Below, in pieces: positions 24,336 through 38,050 of a DNA stretch of 64,000 nucleotides (position 1 is the stretch's first letter; each line of letters begins with the position of its first letter). Source of the stretch: Adineta vaga (lineage: Eukaryota > Animalia > Rotifera); the NCBI GenBank assembly GCA_021613535.1, contig CP075492.1, positions 1,736,001-1,800,000 of the forward strand. The letters are read 5' to 3'. The notes under the pieces were generated by a model. That model searched no databases. It was not told the origin of the DNA and worked only from the letters and a program-made list of their open reading frames with translations. A program made the position numbers and the translations under genes.

Positions 24336-25907
24336 TTAATCAAAACTATCAATGACATTATGATTGACTTGTTTAACTTCTGTAGAAATATAATCAATTT
24401 GAATAATTTCATGTTCGATTAATTTGTTTAATAACTTTTTATTTCTTGTCATTTGTAATGCATTAAAAAAATTGATATTTTTTGAATTGATACGAGATAA
24501 ATCAGATCCCATTTTGATAAGAAATTCAATTAAACGATGTCGACAACCAGATACATGAAGACATAGATAAAGTATTGGATCATTTCCATCTTGATCTAAT
24601 TGATGAATAAGTAATGGCGATAATTTAAATAAATATTTAAGAATTTTCATTTGCTTCTTTTTTAATAAAATAAATAATAAATCTTTATTTATAAACCATA
24701 TTCTTAATTGTTCATCATTCAATAATGTTTGAAATAAATGTTTTTTTTCCCGATTTTTAATCATTATATTAACAATTTCTTCACACGTTTCTAATCTATA
24801 AAATAAATATTGAATATTTTCACTTTCTTTATAAATCAATTGAATAATATCCAATTGATCCGTTTGAAATAAATTGTATAGAATTGTTGAGAATGAATCA
24901 TATTGATCAAATGTTGTTTTGTCATATTGATCGTATTTACAAAGTAGAATTTTTAATATTTCTATTTGACTTGTTCGAATAAATATTTCTTCATAAGTAG
25001 AAGGTACAATTAACATAATTTTATCTAAGATTTCAAAAAGACAAGTTTCTGAAACAAATTCTTCATCAACTAAATGATCTACGATCGAGAGAAATAGATT
25101 TACTTCAGCTTTATACCAATAAATCGTTAAAGAATAATTTGGTTCATAACGAGCATCAGGAAAATATTTTAATTGATAAATTGAATAGATAAGAAAATAA
25201 AATGGAGAATTAATTCTCTCATAAGTAGTGCTATAAGATTTAATTTTAAAAAGTGATAAATTAGAAATAAATATTGATTTAAACATTTGAATAAACGAAT
25301 TAAGAAATTGTTGATTATCATATTGAGTAAAATTCATTTTCGAAATAAGCCATTTATTTATTATCATACCAAAATGAAATTCATCATATTGAAAACTTGC
25401 ACCTTGAGTTAAAATTAATGATTCAATTTGTTTGATACTCTTAATTGATTGAGAAAAAAATTCTTTTGGTTTTAATGAATAAAATATTCTCTTCAATTCA
25501 TTATCAAGATTATTAATTTCATTATCAGTAAGATGTAATCGTTGAAATTGATATTCTTTTAAATTTAATTGAAATTCTTTACTTAATTGTGCGTATTTTT
25601 CTTTGATATAAAAAGAAATTAATAATTGAAGAAATTCTTTCATTGTTTGTTTTGTTTTTAAAGATAAAAATTGATGAGATATTTCATAGAAGTAATTTGA
25701 ATTATAAAATAAATTAATATCTGGATCATTTCTATTCATATGTAAAAGATCAGTAAATAGATGTAAACGTTTATCAATAAGAATTGAAATTAAACGTTGA
25801 TTTAATCCAGAAAATGATTGACATATTGAATAAACATCACCACAATATCTTATAATGATCAATAAAATTTCATCAGGTAAGATTTCAAATGTAGATATCG
25901 ATGACAT
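24336..25907 (-). CDS. F-box-like protein with C-terminal ankyrin-like repeat (523 aa)
   Basis: FEILPDEILLII...FSGLNQRL; C-terminal DQDGNDPILY...LIEFLIKMGSD. Confidence 0.8.
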   Translation of the reverse strand: MSSISTFEILPDEILLIIIRYCGDVYSICQSFSGLNQRLISILIDKRLHLFTDLLHMNRNDPDINLFYNSNYFYEISHQFLSLKTKQTMKEFLQLLISFYIKEKYAQLSKEFQLNLKEYQFQRLHLTDNEINNLDNELKRIFYSLKPKEFFSQSIKSIKQIESLILTQGASFQYDEFHFGMIINKWLISKMNFTQYDNQQFLNSFIQMFKSIFISNLSLFKIKSYSTTYERINSPFYFLIYSIYQLKYFPDARYEPNYSLTIYWYKAEVNLFLSIVDHLVDEEFVSETCLFEILDKIMLIVPSTYEEIFIRTSQIEILKILLCKYDQYDKTTFDQYDSFSTILYNLFQTDQLDIIQLIYKESENIQYLFYRLETCEEIVNIMIKNREKKHLFQTLLNDEQLRIWFINKDLLFILLKKKQMKILKYLFKLSPLLIHQLDQDGNDPILYLCLHVSGCRHRLIEFLIKMGSDLSRINSKNINFFNALQMTRNKKLLNKLIEHEIIQIDYISTEVKQVNHNVIDSFD

Positions 25908-26178
25908 TAGATTGCGTTGTTAATTCGAAATATTTTTGAAAAAAAAACAAAACTATGGACGATATATAAATATTATTTATTTTTTTCTGTTCTTTGCATC
26001 GACTCAGAACATGTGTACGAAAGGAGAACAGAAGAACAAAACTTACTCAATTTATGATATGAATCATAACAGAATATCACTATATGTAAAACGTTTTATA
26101 AAAACTCATGAATTTTTCTCTTAAATAAAGAAAATTATTTATTTGTTTTTATTCAATATGATTTGAAAAGAATAATTT

Positions 26179-27441
26179 TTAACATAAAATAGGATAACTC
26201 GCCATTGTAGCAACAGCACATTGATTATTTTTATTTCGTACAACTTTTATGTAACCTTTTTCACCCCATTCAGTGCCCCAACTAAAATAATAGTAAATAT
26301 TTGAATAGAAATAATTCCTAATAATTAGTTACCTATTTTTTAAAAGCCAATAATCTTTTCCTGATTCGTTTCCATAACCAACAATAAAAATACCATGATC
26401 AGGATATTTTGATTGACATTGTGGTTCATCATAAACTACACGTAGAAATAATAAATTATACAAATTAAAAAGAAACAAGAATATTTACCACCACTTTGAT
26501 ACATTTGAAATGAAGAATGACTTGCATCAACAGCCGTTGCTATTGGTCCAATTAAAGCAACTGCTTGTTGAAGTGCTGCTTCATTTCCTGATTCAATTTC
26601 AACAAATCCACAAACTTTAACAATAACATTTGATGAATTAAATGTACATGTATCATCATGTGCTGTATATGGATAAGTATCTTCTGATTGAATTCCACCA
26701 GCTTCTTTAATATATTGAAAAGATTGAGTCATATATCCACCATTACAACCTGCATTTCCTTGTTTAGTTGAACAATCAACTAATTGTTGTTCTGAAAGTG
26801 AAACAAGTTTTCCTGTTTTGATTTCATATAAACCTTCAATTGAACCAACTGCTGAAAATGCCCATGATGATCCACATTGACCTTGATTTTTAACTGGAAC
26901 TACAGCACCTTTATCACGCCAATCTATTAAAGAATAAAAACATACATTTAAATATAATAATATTAATTATTCATACCAACAGTATCTGGTATTTCAATAT
27001 TTGAATTTCCTATGAATGATTGTGTATCTTTTTGATCATTTTTACTTTGAAATTTATTTAATAATTTTACAAATTCTTCATTAGTCTAAAGAAATACAAA
27101 AGATGATATTCAAATAAATAAAAAAGAATAAAATTATACTAAATCTGCAAATTGATTCATTCCAAGTCGATATGTATGAACACCAAGATCAGCTCGATGA
27201 TTATGTTCTTCTACTAATTTTAAATTTTTTTCCCAAATCATACGACTAGAATGTTCAAATAGATTATCATAGAAAATTAAAATAACAAAAATTTTTTCTA
27301 CCGAAGACGTTCTTCAACATTTGTATAACTTTTATTAAATTGATTTTTCCATAATTTCCATTGCCGATTGAGTGTTATATCTCGAGCACATGTAGTACTC
27401 AAAGCAAAAGCAATAAGAACAAGTATGAATATCGATCGCAT
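26179..27441 (-). CDS. Cathepsin L-like papain-family protein with catalytic Cys->Ser, multi-exon
   Basis: Signal peptide, I29 prodomain (GMNQFAD), [48 protein letters not shown]. Confidence 0.9.
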
Positions 27442-27696
27442 CTAAATTATTTATTCAATATAAATAACAATCTTATACTTGATTTTCCAGTACTCACTTT
27501 TGTTAAAAATAAAAATGACTTTCATTTTTAAAATATTTATATTATTATTTCTTATCGTTATCAAGTCTTTTTTTTAATCTGAATGCATTGTCATTATGCT
27601 ATTTTCTTTTTCTTCTGTTTTTGCTTTATCATCTCTAATAGAATTGGATCTTTTACACACATACTCTTAAACTATTTATTTTTTATCGAGAAAAAA

Positions 27697-27733
27697 GTGT
27701 GCACGTGATTGAAGAAGATGCACCCCATACCCA
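27697..27733. repeat. Degenerate cassette #12 (spacer class A-like)
   Basis: gtgtgcacgtga-ttgaagaagatg-caccccataccca. Confidence 0.4.
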
Positions 27734-27837
27734 ATTATTCACTGTTTGAATAGAATCGATCATAAATTCTTTTTCAACAATTAAATCTTTATTTACACTA
27801 ACAATACAATTCTACATAACAATGAAATTTCTAATAT

Positions 27838-28601
27838 TTATCTTTGATTTGTATTATTTTTAAATGAAATAATTCGACAAGATTTCATTCTTGGACAAAG
27901 TGCTGATATAAAAGCAATTTCTCCATCTGTTTCAACTTTTTCTACATAAACATTTTTAATTTTACTTTTTGATGGTTTTGTAAAACAGTCACTAAATTCT
28001 TCATCATCTGGTACATTAGATGATAATGAATTTAATTGTAATGAAATAAGTTTAGGTAACGATCTAACAATTGTAATCAATGTTTTTTGTTCAAGTAAAA
28101 CTAAATGATAAATTTGAGCTGAATTGAACATGTTTTATTTGATTCCATCGCTTTGAATCAATATTTGTTAATGTTAATTGACAAGATTTTTTAAGTTCAA
28201 TCGAAGATGCAACGAGTTCATCATACCATCGTTTTCTAAAACAAACAATTGATTAAAAAGAAAAAAAGAATTATTTTTCAATAAATATACTTATATGGTG
28301 TAATTGAATATAAGAAATGTACAGGACTAATATTTATTTCTAATATCCATCCTCGTTCAATTCAAAATGATGTGATGAATTGATTGACTTTTCCATATTC
28401 AAGAATATGATTATGATTATTATAACATTTCAATTGAAATTCTTTTAATTGAGAATAATTTTTTAAAAGAAAATATTCCCAATGATTTGCATCAAGATAT
28501 TTCATATCTTCTGTTTCTGTTGTTAAACATAAACTTGTTAATTTACATGAAATTTGATTAAGAAAATTTTCAAATACATAAAATTTCATTCCAGATATAC
28601 G
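27838..28601 (-). pseudogene. 3' half of an F-box/LRR-family gene, degraded
   Basis: YLDANHWEYFL...LKEF and LVLLEQ...LPKLISLQL LRR-like segments; stops; the 5' part is replaced at 28602. Confidence 0.6.
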
Positions 28602-28994
28602 TAGGGTGTGACGATCTGTTCCGTCCTCACCTGCGTTCTCTTAGTTTGCACTTAGATAGTTCGTACTTTTTTATATACCTTGTTTGTTTTGATCAGGTGA
28701 TCCAGGGGAGTTCCCTTTGATCAGCTGATCAGTTATGGTGTGATACTGGATATTCCTCCTACTATATAAAGGATGAGGAATAGATAGTAGGGTGTGCTCT
28801 TTTATCAATAAATATTTATAGTACCAGCATTTGTACGTCGAGTCCAGTTCACAAATCGTTACAGTGGGTATATCTTCTTCACTCTCATTCATATCTACAC
28901 CCTCAAGATGTAGATTTATACATAGCTTAAGGTTTGTAGTGGAGGGTGAGGACGTGGACAACTATATCTTCTACAGGAATATCCTCATCCACAC
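28602..28994. repeat. Cluster of three degenerate cassettes (28602-28632, 28864-28909, 28939-28994)
   Basis: 28864-28909 gtggg-tatatcttctt-cac...tacaccctcaagat (class A); the other two are G-arm/C-arm hairpins (agggtgtga...tcctcacc; ggagggtgagga...tcctcatccacac). Confidence 0.55.
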
Positions 28995-29649
28995 TTCATA
29001 GGTAGTCTAATGTGATCGTCGTATAGAAAATAAACATCCAGAGTAGTGTATGAAACTAAAACAAAATAGTAAGTTACTTCTATAGCACGATATGCTTAAC
29101 GATTTGACCACTTGTGACGTCGTAGAACCGTTCTAAGAGTTGCATGATAGTTGATTTACCACAACCAGATATACCTTTGATAGATGAACAATATAATCAT
29201 CGTGTATATACCATAGTAGCACATCTTCATTACATTTCTTTCTGTGACTATAGAACCATCGTAATATGGATGAAGAAAAACTTCTTGTTTTCTACGTCCG
29301 ATCATTACAGAGTTCACATGTCATCTTACGAGCTCTCGACATCATCGATCGTAAAATCCACAATATATTGAATCATCAATTCTCATTGGATTTCAATTAG
29401 CTTGTATAGTTTTCATTGAATTATACTCTAGTCTCTAATTATTATATTCATTAATGTTAGCGATCACACATTTTAGCGTAGATACGACAAAAATTCGTTT
29501 GATTATATAAGCAGGGTCAGCATACCGTATCGTAGTAACAATCATTTGAATGTAGACAAACTCTATCGAAGTGTGATAGGAGTAATATGACTATTTTGTA
29601 TATCTCTCATTTATAACTATATTCTGAAGATGGTTGATTTGTTTACACT

Positions 29650-31803
29650 TACCGACAAGAGCCACACGTTGATCTTATCAATAAAATAAAATAAAAGAAT
29701 AAATAGAACTGAAAATTGTAGCACAGTTATTACTTACGATGTTTGATTGTCATTTGAAATGAGTTTGAGACCAAAGATTCCGTTCGGTACGGATATGCAA
29801 ATTGAACATTCTGAAATTTGATATCACCACAAAACTCAACCTATGTACATTTTATGCGAAGTAAGATTAGACTAAATGGTTAGCAAAGCACTTTTTCATT
29901 ATATTGAAACCACTCACCAGTTGTTGTCCTTCAGTTGAGCTGTTATCCATAGTAGGTATTCGATCAAACAAGTCAAAACAATTACGAGCAGCACACAGTG
30001 AAGAACCGATTGTTTCAGTACTACAAACTGTGATACAGACATAGATTTCTCGATAAGATTGTTTACTTACACACAAATGACAACAGTCATAGCTTCTAAT
30101 GAAATAGTTATAATACTGAAGACTCTAAATACCGATAAATTTTCGATCGATAAAGGAATCGTTTCTTATAGTTACATCATCACAGTATGATTGTCTATTT
30201 CATTCCGTTCAATCAGAATAAGAGTGTACCAATAAAGAATTGCCATGACAAAAGATTCGACAGACCAAGTAATACTCAATCCTAGAGCCGTCATCAATGC
30301 TGGCTTTCGACGAGCGCTAAAAAGACAATAGAGAATTAGTTTGAAATGTACAAGTCTAGATTTTATCACCGACATAAAGACTTGATGAATCAGTTTACAA
30401 TATTGTTGTAGAAGTGTTTTTTCGATTGACAGCTGCTTAACAGTACGTATATTACGAAGAATTTCTACAATTAATTGAAAGAAAGAAAATAGTAAAACGA
30501 ATGAGGTTACATGTGACCTCACCGATTTGGCTCGCTCATAAATAACCCCAATTTTGCGTGCTGATTTTGATTGAATACTAATCTCGAGAAGACCAATCAT
30601 CAAAATGAATAAGACTGCAGCATATCCGATTAGTACCAATTGCCAATTAAGCCAAAACCCTAGTACAAGTTCACAAGAAAGTACAGCAAATACTTCGCAT
30701 ATAATACCCAATCGCATAACTATCATTCCTTGTAAAGCCAAAGCGTTAGACGACATGCAAATGCTTTAGCACGAATACGGCGTGTTAATTTTGAACCAGG
30801 AAGAGCAAACGCAGTGAACTAGAAAGATAAAATATATGCTCTCTTCTGTCAGGAACATTCGTACCAGGCCAAAATGATCAATTAGAGTAACCGTACCCAA
30901 GACTAGGAAAATGCAGCCATATAATAATATCGAACTCTGTTGGTTTATGTTTTGACATTGATACAATATCTGATGGATACATAAAAATCCTATGTCTTTC
31001 AAAGAAATTCATCGATATTGACGACTTACATTGAGTACTTTTGTCAATAAAATAGCACAAGAAGGCTGCACCAGTTCACTAATCAGACATGCGATGTGTC
31101 CGATTAAAAGAGTTATCCATTCTGGACTATTCATTTTCAACAGTCTCCAGAAAACCGCGATTTCACTTGAAGAAGAAGAATTTAGCTAAAAATATACCAT
31201 ATATATATATATATATATATACGGATGTTACTATTGAATTATTCATACTTTCATATCCGTCTTTATTAAATCGCTGGTCAAATCAGATCGCTTTGCTACT
31301 GTATAAATATTATTAAGCAATTCTAATGAGATAAACTATACTTACATAAACATTCTTCGTTGCTATGTTCATGTTTTTCCTCACTGATTATTGTTACACT
31401 ATTTTCCACAGGGTGTTCTACTTCTTGAGCATCGAATATTGCTCTGTATTTTCCTCCTTCTTTGGAAACTAAACTTTGATGAGTACCTTTCTCAATTACA
31501 TTTCCATTAGCTAATACATAAATACGATGAGCATTCCGGACTGTTGCCAAACGATGAGCAATAACAATGGTAGTACGCCCTATAAACACCACGCTCACGC
31601 ATTCTAAAAGTCAAGTAGATACGGCGTATAACTACCTTTGCAGACTTGATCGAGTGTATCTAGTACAATTTTTTCATTTTTATTGTCAAGCGCACTTGTT
31701 ATTTCATCTAACAGGAGTAAACTTGGTTGCTTAACAAGAGCACGTGCTAATGCAATATGCTGTTTTTCACCGCCACTAAGTTGAATGCCATGTTCGCCAA
31801 CCA
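29650..31803 (-). pseudogene. ABCB (P-glycoprotein/MDR) transporter remnant: end of NBD1, TMD2, start of NBD2
   Basis: [23 protein letters not shown]...[11 protein letters not shown]; [11 protein letters not shown]; NIRTVKQL; FDRIP; QRVALVG. Stops and frameshifts; 5'-truncated at cassette #14. Confidence 0.85.
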
Positions 31804-31873
31804 GTGGGTGTGGGTGGGTGTCGGGTGGGTATTCATATCTTCCGTTACCCACACCCACACCCACACCCACCCT
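31804..31873. repeat. Telomere-like cassette #14
   Basis: gtgggtgtgggtgggtgtcgggtggg-tattcatatcttccgtta-cccacacccacacccacacccaccc. Confidence 0.9.
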
Positions 31874-31879
31874 TTACTT

Positions 31880-32495
31880 GTTTCATCAATCATCTTCATA
31901 GTTTCAATATTTCATAGTCTCATATCAGTCTATCTTTCTTTGTTTTAATAATCGATAATATCAATTCAGTCTCGCCTATCTCATCAGTCTTATTCAGATG
32001 TATATTTATATTATCAATACTAATTTAGTCTCATTAATCTCATCATTCTACTTCTTCTTATCGTAAAACTCAAAAATAATAACTCAGTCTTATTTGTTTC
32101 ATCAGTCCTGTTCTTATATATAATTTTGAATGTTATTTCAGTCTTATTAACTTCATCAGTCTTATTGATACTTACATTTGCTTTTTCATTTCGGATAATT
32201 CTCAATAATATTCATTATATTAATCTTGTTTTTCTCACGTATATTTTAAGAAAACTCAATCTTAATCTTGTATATAACATTCATATGAATATTGCTTTTC
32301 TTATTTGAACATCTTTCAATCATAATTGAGTCGCACACAACGAATAATAATAATATAATAAAATAATAATAATAAAAATAACAATGAATCACATCAACAA
32401 CATCGATAACTACAATAACAATAACAACGACATTAACAACATCAACATCTATAGTATCCACAACATCTAAAACATACATCGAATATTAACAACAA
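31880..32495. repeat. Low-complexity degenerate repeats (tcatcagtcttatt-like; AAC/AAT-rich)
   Basis: Recurrent tcagtc motif at 31925-32165, then aacaac/aataat tracts. Confidence 0.5.
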
Positions 32496-33429
32496 TTATC
32501 TTCTTTTTTGTTAAAATCTCTTAGTTTTATGTAAAAAGTTTCATTTAATAAATATTTCACAAAGTCATTTCTGACGATGTGTTCAGTTCGAACACGAAAG
32601 CTCGAATCTATCATCTTTTATTTCTGAATGAGATAAAACTTCTTTTTTTTTCAATATGATCTTTGCAGCAGTCCTCTCTTTCTTGTCTAATTTATTTCCT
32701 ACTGCTCTTTCTCCTTCTTTCATAGATTTAGATATGACCTTTAGAGTTTGATATTTTTCTTTAACATGATACTGTATGTACCGAGGACTATATAAGGACA
32801 AGGGAAATACAGTATGGATACGATTTCTTTGGATCAAATAAAGGATACACTTGTCACATCTCATCTGTTGTATCAGAAATCGTCACAACTGCAAACTAAA
32901 TCAGATCATACAACAAGTACCTGAAGGAAAGATACTTTAGTTTCATGTCATTGTAGAGAATTGATGTCTCTTCTACTGAAGGGAGGAGAATAATAGGGAC
33001 AGAGTCATGGGAGGAAATAAGCGAAAAATATCTTGTATATTCGCTTGAAAAAAGAATACTTCTTTGAAAATCAGACAACATGTTTCTGCTCATTAGTATT
33101 TTATAATTTTCTCTGTTATAGCAAGGTAATCATTACAGTTCTTTGTCATATCTTCATTTGAGCCGTCGAAACGCATATTTTCGACAGGCGTTAATTAAGC
33201 ATCAACAGTTCTTTTTTTATTTTATCACGACAATTTCCACTATGTCATCGCGATGACATAGTGGAAAGAGCTTTTTTCCGTTCGCTGTGTGAGAGGCATT
33301 ATAATTAACATTAGATGTAGAGAAGGTTCATCAGGAAGCACTCGTTCTGCTGCATAGTTGACGCCTGAACAGATTTTTGAAGAGCAAAAAGTAACAGATT
33401 TTTCTTTTGAAAAACTATTAAGTTCGACG

Positions 33430-34311
33430 ATGACTAGTTTGGAATCCTGGTTTACTCCAATTAGTATTATTTCAATTATCGGCAATGGTGTAGGTGGGAT
33501 ACTAGGAATTGTTTTCGTTCTTCTCATTGTTTTGAATAAGACATGTCACACAGTTCCGATGATGTTAATAGCTAACACTTCATTGTCTGTGGTTTTCCTT
33601 GCATTTAGCATGTTTAGTGTAGCACTAGTTGCATTATCCAATGACCTTCGACAAATCCAAACTCATGACATTTATTGTTTTGTTCGATGCTATATTAGCT
33701 ATGGATCAGGCGGAGTGTTTATGATTTCCTTTGCGTTACAAGCTTTTTATCGATATATGATTGTGGTTTATCCAAATCGTTTAATTTATCAGTCGAAAAG
33801 ATTTCAAGTGCTTCTTATATGTCTAACATGGATATATGGTTTTGCATATCCTAGCGAATATTTTGCGCGAGGAGAAGCCCGATACGACGCAGGCAGCCAA
33901 ATGTGTGTACTACCACTGCATTTATCATTCTCCACAATTTATGTGGTCAGTTGCCTTAATATAGTCCCACTCTCAATAACAATGTTTTTTTATTTTAAAC
34001 TGGTTCGTTATGTCAAACAAATGAATACACGTGTTGTTTGTGTGAATGTAGTTGCACGCGCACAGCGTGAACTAAAAATGGTACGACGTATCGTTATCTT
34101 GCTACAAATTCTAATAGCTATGAACATTCCACACGCCATATTTCTTGTCATGTCATTTTTTACATCGCTACCAAAGTATCATTTTCGAATAATACTTCTA
34201 TCTCTCAGTGTTTCTATGGGAGCTGTAATGCTTGTTTTATTTCAATTTACTGACGATCTTAAGCAATTCGTCTTCAAAAGAAGACAATCAGCGCCAAATA
34301 TGCTTTCTTAA
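33430..34311 (+). CDS. Orphan rhodopsin-class GPCR, intronless
   Basis: Seven hydrophobic segments, TM3 QAFYRY..VVYP, TM6 REL.MVRRI, ECL2 Cys. Confidence 0.85.
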   Translation: MTSLESWFTPISIISIIGNGVGGILGIVFVLLIVLNKTCHTVPMMLIANTSLSVVFLAFSMFSVALVALSNDLRQIQTHDIYCFVRCYISYGSGGVFMISFALQAFYRYMIVVYPNRLIYQSKRFQVLLICLTWIYGFAYPSEYFARGEARYDAGSQMCVLPLHLSFSTIYVVSCLNIVPLSITMFFYFKLVRYVKQMNTRVVCVNVVARAQRELKMVRRIVILLQILIAMNIPHAIFLVMSFFTSLPKYHFRIILLSLSVSMGAVMLVLFQFTDDLKQFVFKRRQSAPNMLS

Positions 34312-34366
34312 CATATAGTTTTCGAAAAATGGGATTACTTGACACTTAGATGTAGTAGTATCAAAG

Positions 34367-35057
34367 GAGGGGGGTGCTCAACAGCAGAAATTGGCCTGTC
34401 GTCAAGAATCTTAAAAAGTCATCCAAACCTGTCAAGTTCGACCTCCTGAATTCAAAAATGGAAAAATCAAACTTCCCCAAAGGGAAACATCTGAAGCAAC
34501 GACTTCATCTTTCAGCGGTAGAAAACAATGTTTTCTGAGCTTGTTGGACCCCTTATAGCCCCACTAGGAGACACTAGTCCATAGTGGTCCAGTCTCGAAA
34601 ATATTCATATCAGTGTAACTTTTCGAGATCTACAACTTTGCCAGCAGAACCAACACTCCCCGGAGTGGACATCAGGATCATTTAGGCCAAAAACTGTCTA
34701 AAAACGTGGTTTTCATGCTGTTGGGCTCATTGTAGCCTGTCTAGGACACAAGAGTCCATAGTGATCCAGTTTTAATTGTACCTAGTTTGATAGCCCTTGG
34801 AAAGCTCTACAAAGTGGTGCTGTTTGATCGGGGTTTATTCGTGGGCAAGGCACTCCGCCGAGGTAAACAATGGCCAGGAACGCTAAAAAGCCTTGTTTTT
34901 GGCTAGAAAATCAAGGTTTTTCATCACAATAATCACATTTGGTCTTGAAACAAATGTCATATTTGGAATCAGCGCGAAAAACTGATTCGGACTGTGTGAG
35001 TTTCAAAGCTTCGCAGCGACTTTTATTTTTTGTCGGAAATCTTCCCCTAGTCCCCTC
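34367..35057. mobile_element. Non-autonomous DNA element with GAGGGG...CCCCTC termini (Sola2-like)
   Basis: Higher-GC island; termini GAGGGG/CCCCTC; flanks aaag/agag (imperfect 4-bp TSD); internal diverged direct repeat (~34530 and ~34710). Confidence 0.45.
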
Positions 35058-35061
35058 AGAG

Positions 35062-36430
35062 CAGAGATGGGCGCGGTTCGGTTCATGGGCCGAACTGATC
35101 GGATAAAACCGACACTTGTCAAACCGATCAAGGTTTCGGTTCGGTTCGATATAATACTAAATTAATGTGATTTGTATTATCTTATATCGATGTATATGAA
35201 CAACAGGAAAGAAAAAAAAAAGATGTCGTAAAGCAACAACGACACAACCAACATATTATCTCGTCCATGTCTATCAAAGAAAAGACAGACGTAAACAAAC
35301 CGATTATAAGTCAAGTATAGAAAACCATCTTCATTTTTTATTTTTACAGCTTATTGACTATACGACTAATCTAACATGAATATATCTTCTATATCGAATG
35401 TCCACGATAATGTTATTGATCTTGATTCTTCTTCTGATTCTACTGATGATCATCGATCAACAGCATCTTCTAATGCATCATGTTCATCAACTCGTTCATT
35501 AGTTAATTCTGATTCTATGGAATCATTCTCTGCAGAAAATATTGCAACAAAGCTTAAAGTTAACAAAAAAGAATGGACAATTATTGATGTCAAAGATAGA
35601 AAAGCTGATTGTTGGCGTTGTTTTAGTATTCCTGCACGAAAAGTTGATGGAAAGATTAAGGAAATTTATGATAAATTCGTTTCATGTATGAATTGTTATA
35701 CAACATATTCGTATTCATCTAGTACCAGAAATATGAATAAACATCTAGATATGTTTGAGGGCTTCCATCGTAAACAAACTCATTTTACAATGTCTACAGA
35801 AAACAATTCGTTACAATTAACTAAATCATCATCAACAACAACCGTTTTATGTTCCCCGAAAAATAAAAATGTTGAATTACATAAACAAAAAATGAATAAA
35901 TTAGTATCTGAATGGGTTTGTTCAAATATACGCCCACTAAGTATTGTTGAAGATGATGGTTTGAAGAAAATTATTGAAGAAGCAATTCATATATATATTT
36001 ATTGTATTGAAGAGTATAAGAAAGGACAATAGATAATCTTTCTTTTGTATAGGTTGTGTTTGTGGTCCAGTTAAACCAGAAATGATTTTATCATCAAGAA
36101 AAAACGATATCTGAACAACTTCAATTAAATGCTTCACATGGACGTGAGCACATGAAGCAAATATTGTCGAAAGCAGTACAAGATAGATGTTTAGTTTTAT
36201 CACCTAATATATGGTCAGATGTTTATCTTCAACAATCATACTTAGGATGTACTGCTCACTGGATCAATGATTGGAATTTATACTCGTTCGAAATATTTTG
36301 TATACCATTTAATACACCTAATAAGAAAGCTCCAAATGTATTGAAGGTAAACTTATTGGAACACTTGTTTAACTTAAATAAATAAGTTCCTTTTTTTTCC
36401 TTATAATTTCAGGTATTGAAGGAAGCTCTC
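35062..36430 (+). mobile_element. hAT transposon 5' portion with truncated BED-finger transposase (35376-~36430)
   Basis: CAGAGATGGGC terminus with ggttc subterminal repeats; CW..F...C..C...STRNM.KHL BED finger; RPLSIVEDDG; W..YLGCTAHW. Confidence 0.8.
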
Positions 36431-36486
36431 TTAAGAACTTATTTCAGAACTAAAGAACCAATTTAAAATTCCTAAAAGATATATTA

Positions 36487-38045
36487 ACGGGTGTGTCAGA
36501 ATAAATGAACCTCTCAGTATTTTCTATATATTTCTCTCATATTTCAGTGTTTAAGAAAAAGGTTTTTTAGCGAAAAATTCCTCGTTAAATTCTCTACAAA
36601 ACGTGGATATTTTTATTATTTGAAATAGTTTCCATTATTTTGTGAGATGTGATACAGTAGATTTGTCTAAGAACCACAACTTTCAAAGAAGAAGTTTTAG
36701 TAGGAGTAGCATATCTCAAAAATGCTGTACTATGGAGACATGTGATTCAGTAGGTTTTGTAGAAGAAACTTTGCTCTACAACATGGTATAGTCCGATTCT
36801 TAAATACTGTGGATATATCGCCATAGGACATTGTATACAATGTTCTATTGAGATTCATTCAGAGCATTCAAATGCATTTGAGAATCCGAGTACAATGTAT
36901 TGTAGAGCAAACTTTCCTCTACAAAACGAACTATCTCATATATCACCACAATAAAGTCGTTTTGAAATATTCTAATCGATTTTTGATGTTTACTGATCAG
37001 AAAAAGCTCCATTTCAAGACTGTTTACTATTTCGACTATAACATCGTTATTTGTCAATGAAGTTCAAAAAGTTTTTAGTGTACTCAAAAAGTGAGTACAC
37101 TACTAGAATCGGTCTGTGTGTCCGTCCGTCCGTCCGTTTACACGATAACTCTTCACAACTATATTCGATTGAACTGAAACTTTGTGCACATAATTGTCTC
37201 ATCAATATCTCGGTCGAGTTCGAAGATGAGAGTGTTCTCTCTAGAAATGGCTGAGTTATCGAAAAAAGTGTCATTTTTGACCAGACCATCCCTGAGGGGG
37301 GATACACGTTTTTTTTGAAAAAACATCTTCTCTCAAAATTATTTAAAACCTATATGAATCGACTCAGTTTTTAACGCTGGTTCCGAATCTGATATTGGTT
37401 TTGAGTCAAATCATAGTTTACTAATGGAAAAATGCTTAAAAAAGGTCTCAGAATGCGTAAAAACTGTATTTTAACACCGAATTGCCTAAATACGTTTTAT
37501 ATGGTCTGTACTATTGATATTGATGATCTATTACGAAAATGCTGATATGTGTATCTATCATAAATCTTTTATAGATTCAAACAAAAATAAGCCATCAGAA
37601 ATCTTGCTCATCGAAAAGTTTCTCAAGGTAGTTTTGTTTCGTAGACATTCTAGAATGGTTTATGTCTCTCATACACTTTTTGCAGTACAAATAACTCTCG
37701 GATAAAATCCGAAGTTTCCACATTTTTTAGAAAAATAATCAGCGAAAAAAGCGCTACAAAAAGTCTCATCGGAATGAAAACTTTTTTGAATACCTTGCGT
37801 TTTTTTGGCTGGGTTCCCTTGAAACGATCTACTAAAACTTCTTGTTTGAAAGTTGTGGTTCTTAGACAAATCTACTGTATCACATCTCACAAAATAATGG
37901 AAACTATTTCAAATAATAAAAATATCCATATTTTGTAGAGAATTTAACGAGGAATTTTTCGCTAGAAAACCTTTTTCTTAAACACTGAAATATGAGAGAA
38001 ATATATAGGAAATACTGATAGACTCATCTATTCTGACACACCCGT
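36487..38045. mobile_element. Non-autonomous Tc1/mariner-type element with 217-bp TIRs and TA TSD
   Basis: TIRs 36487-36703 and 37829-38045 (ACGGGTGTGTCAGAATA...), TA on both sides. Confidence 0.88.
37073..37728 (+). mobile_element. Helentron-associated (HINE/DINE-1-like) element nested in the TIR element
   Basis: 5' hairpin AGTGTACTC-N7-GAGTACACT, (GTCC)n microsatellite, 3' stem-loop tcgga-taaaa-tccga, T-run flanks. Confidence 0.65.
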
Positions 38046-38050
38046 TATAT

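Noticed and set aside
32020-32479. Short ORFs with repetitive V/D/I or NKT content
   Set aside because: They arise from low-complexity repeats.
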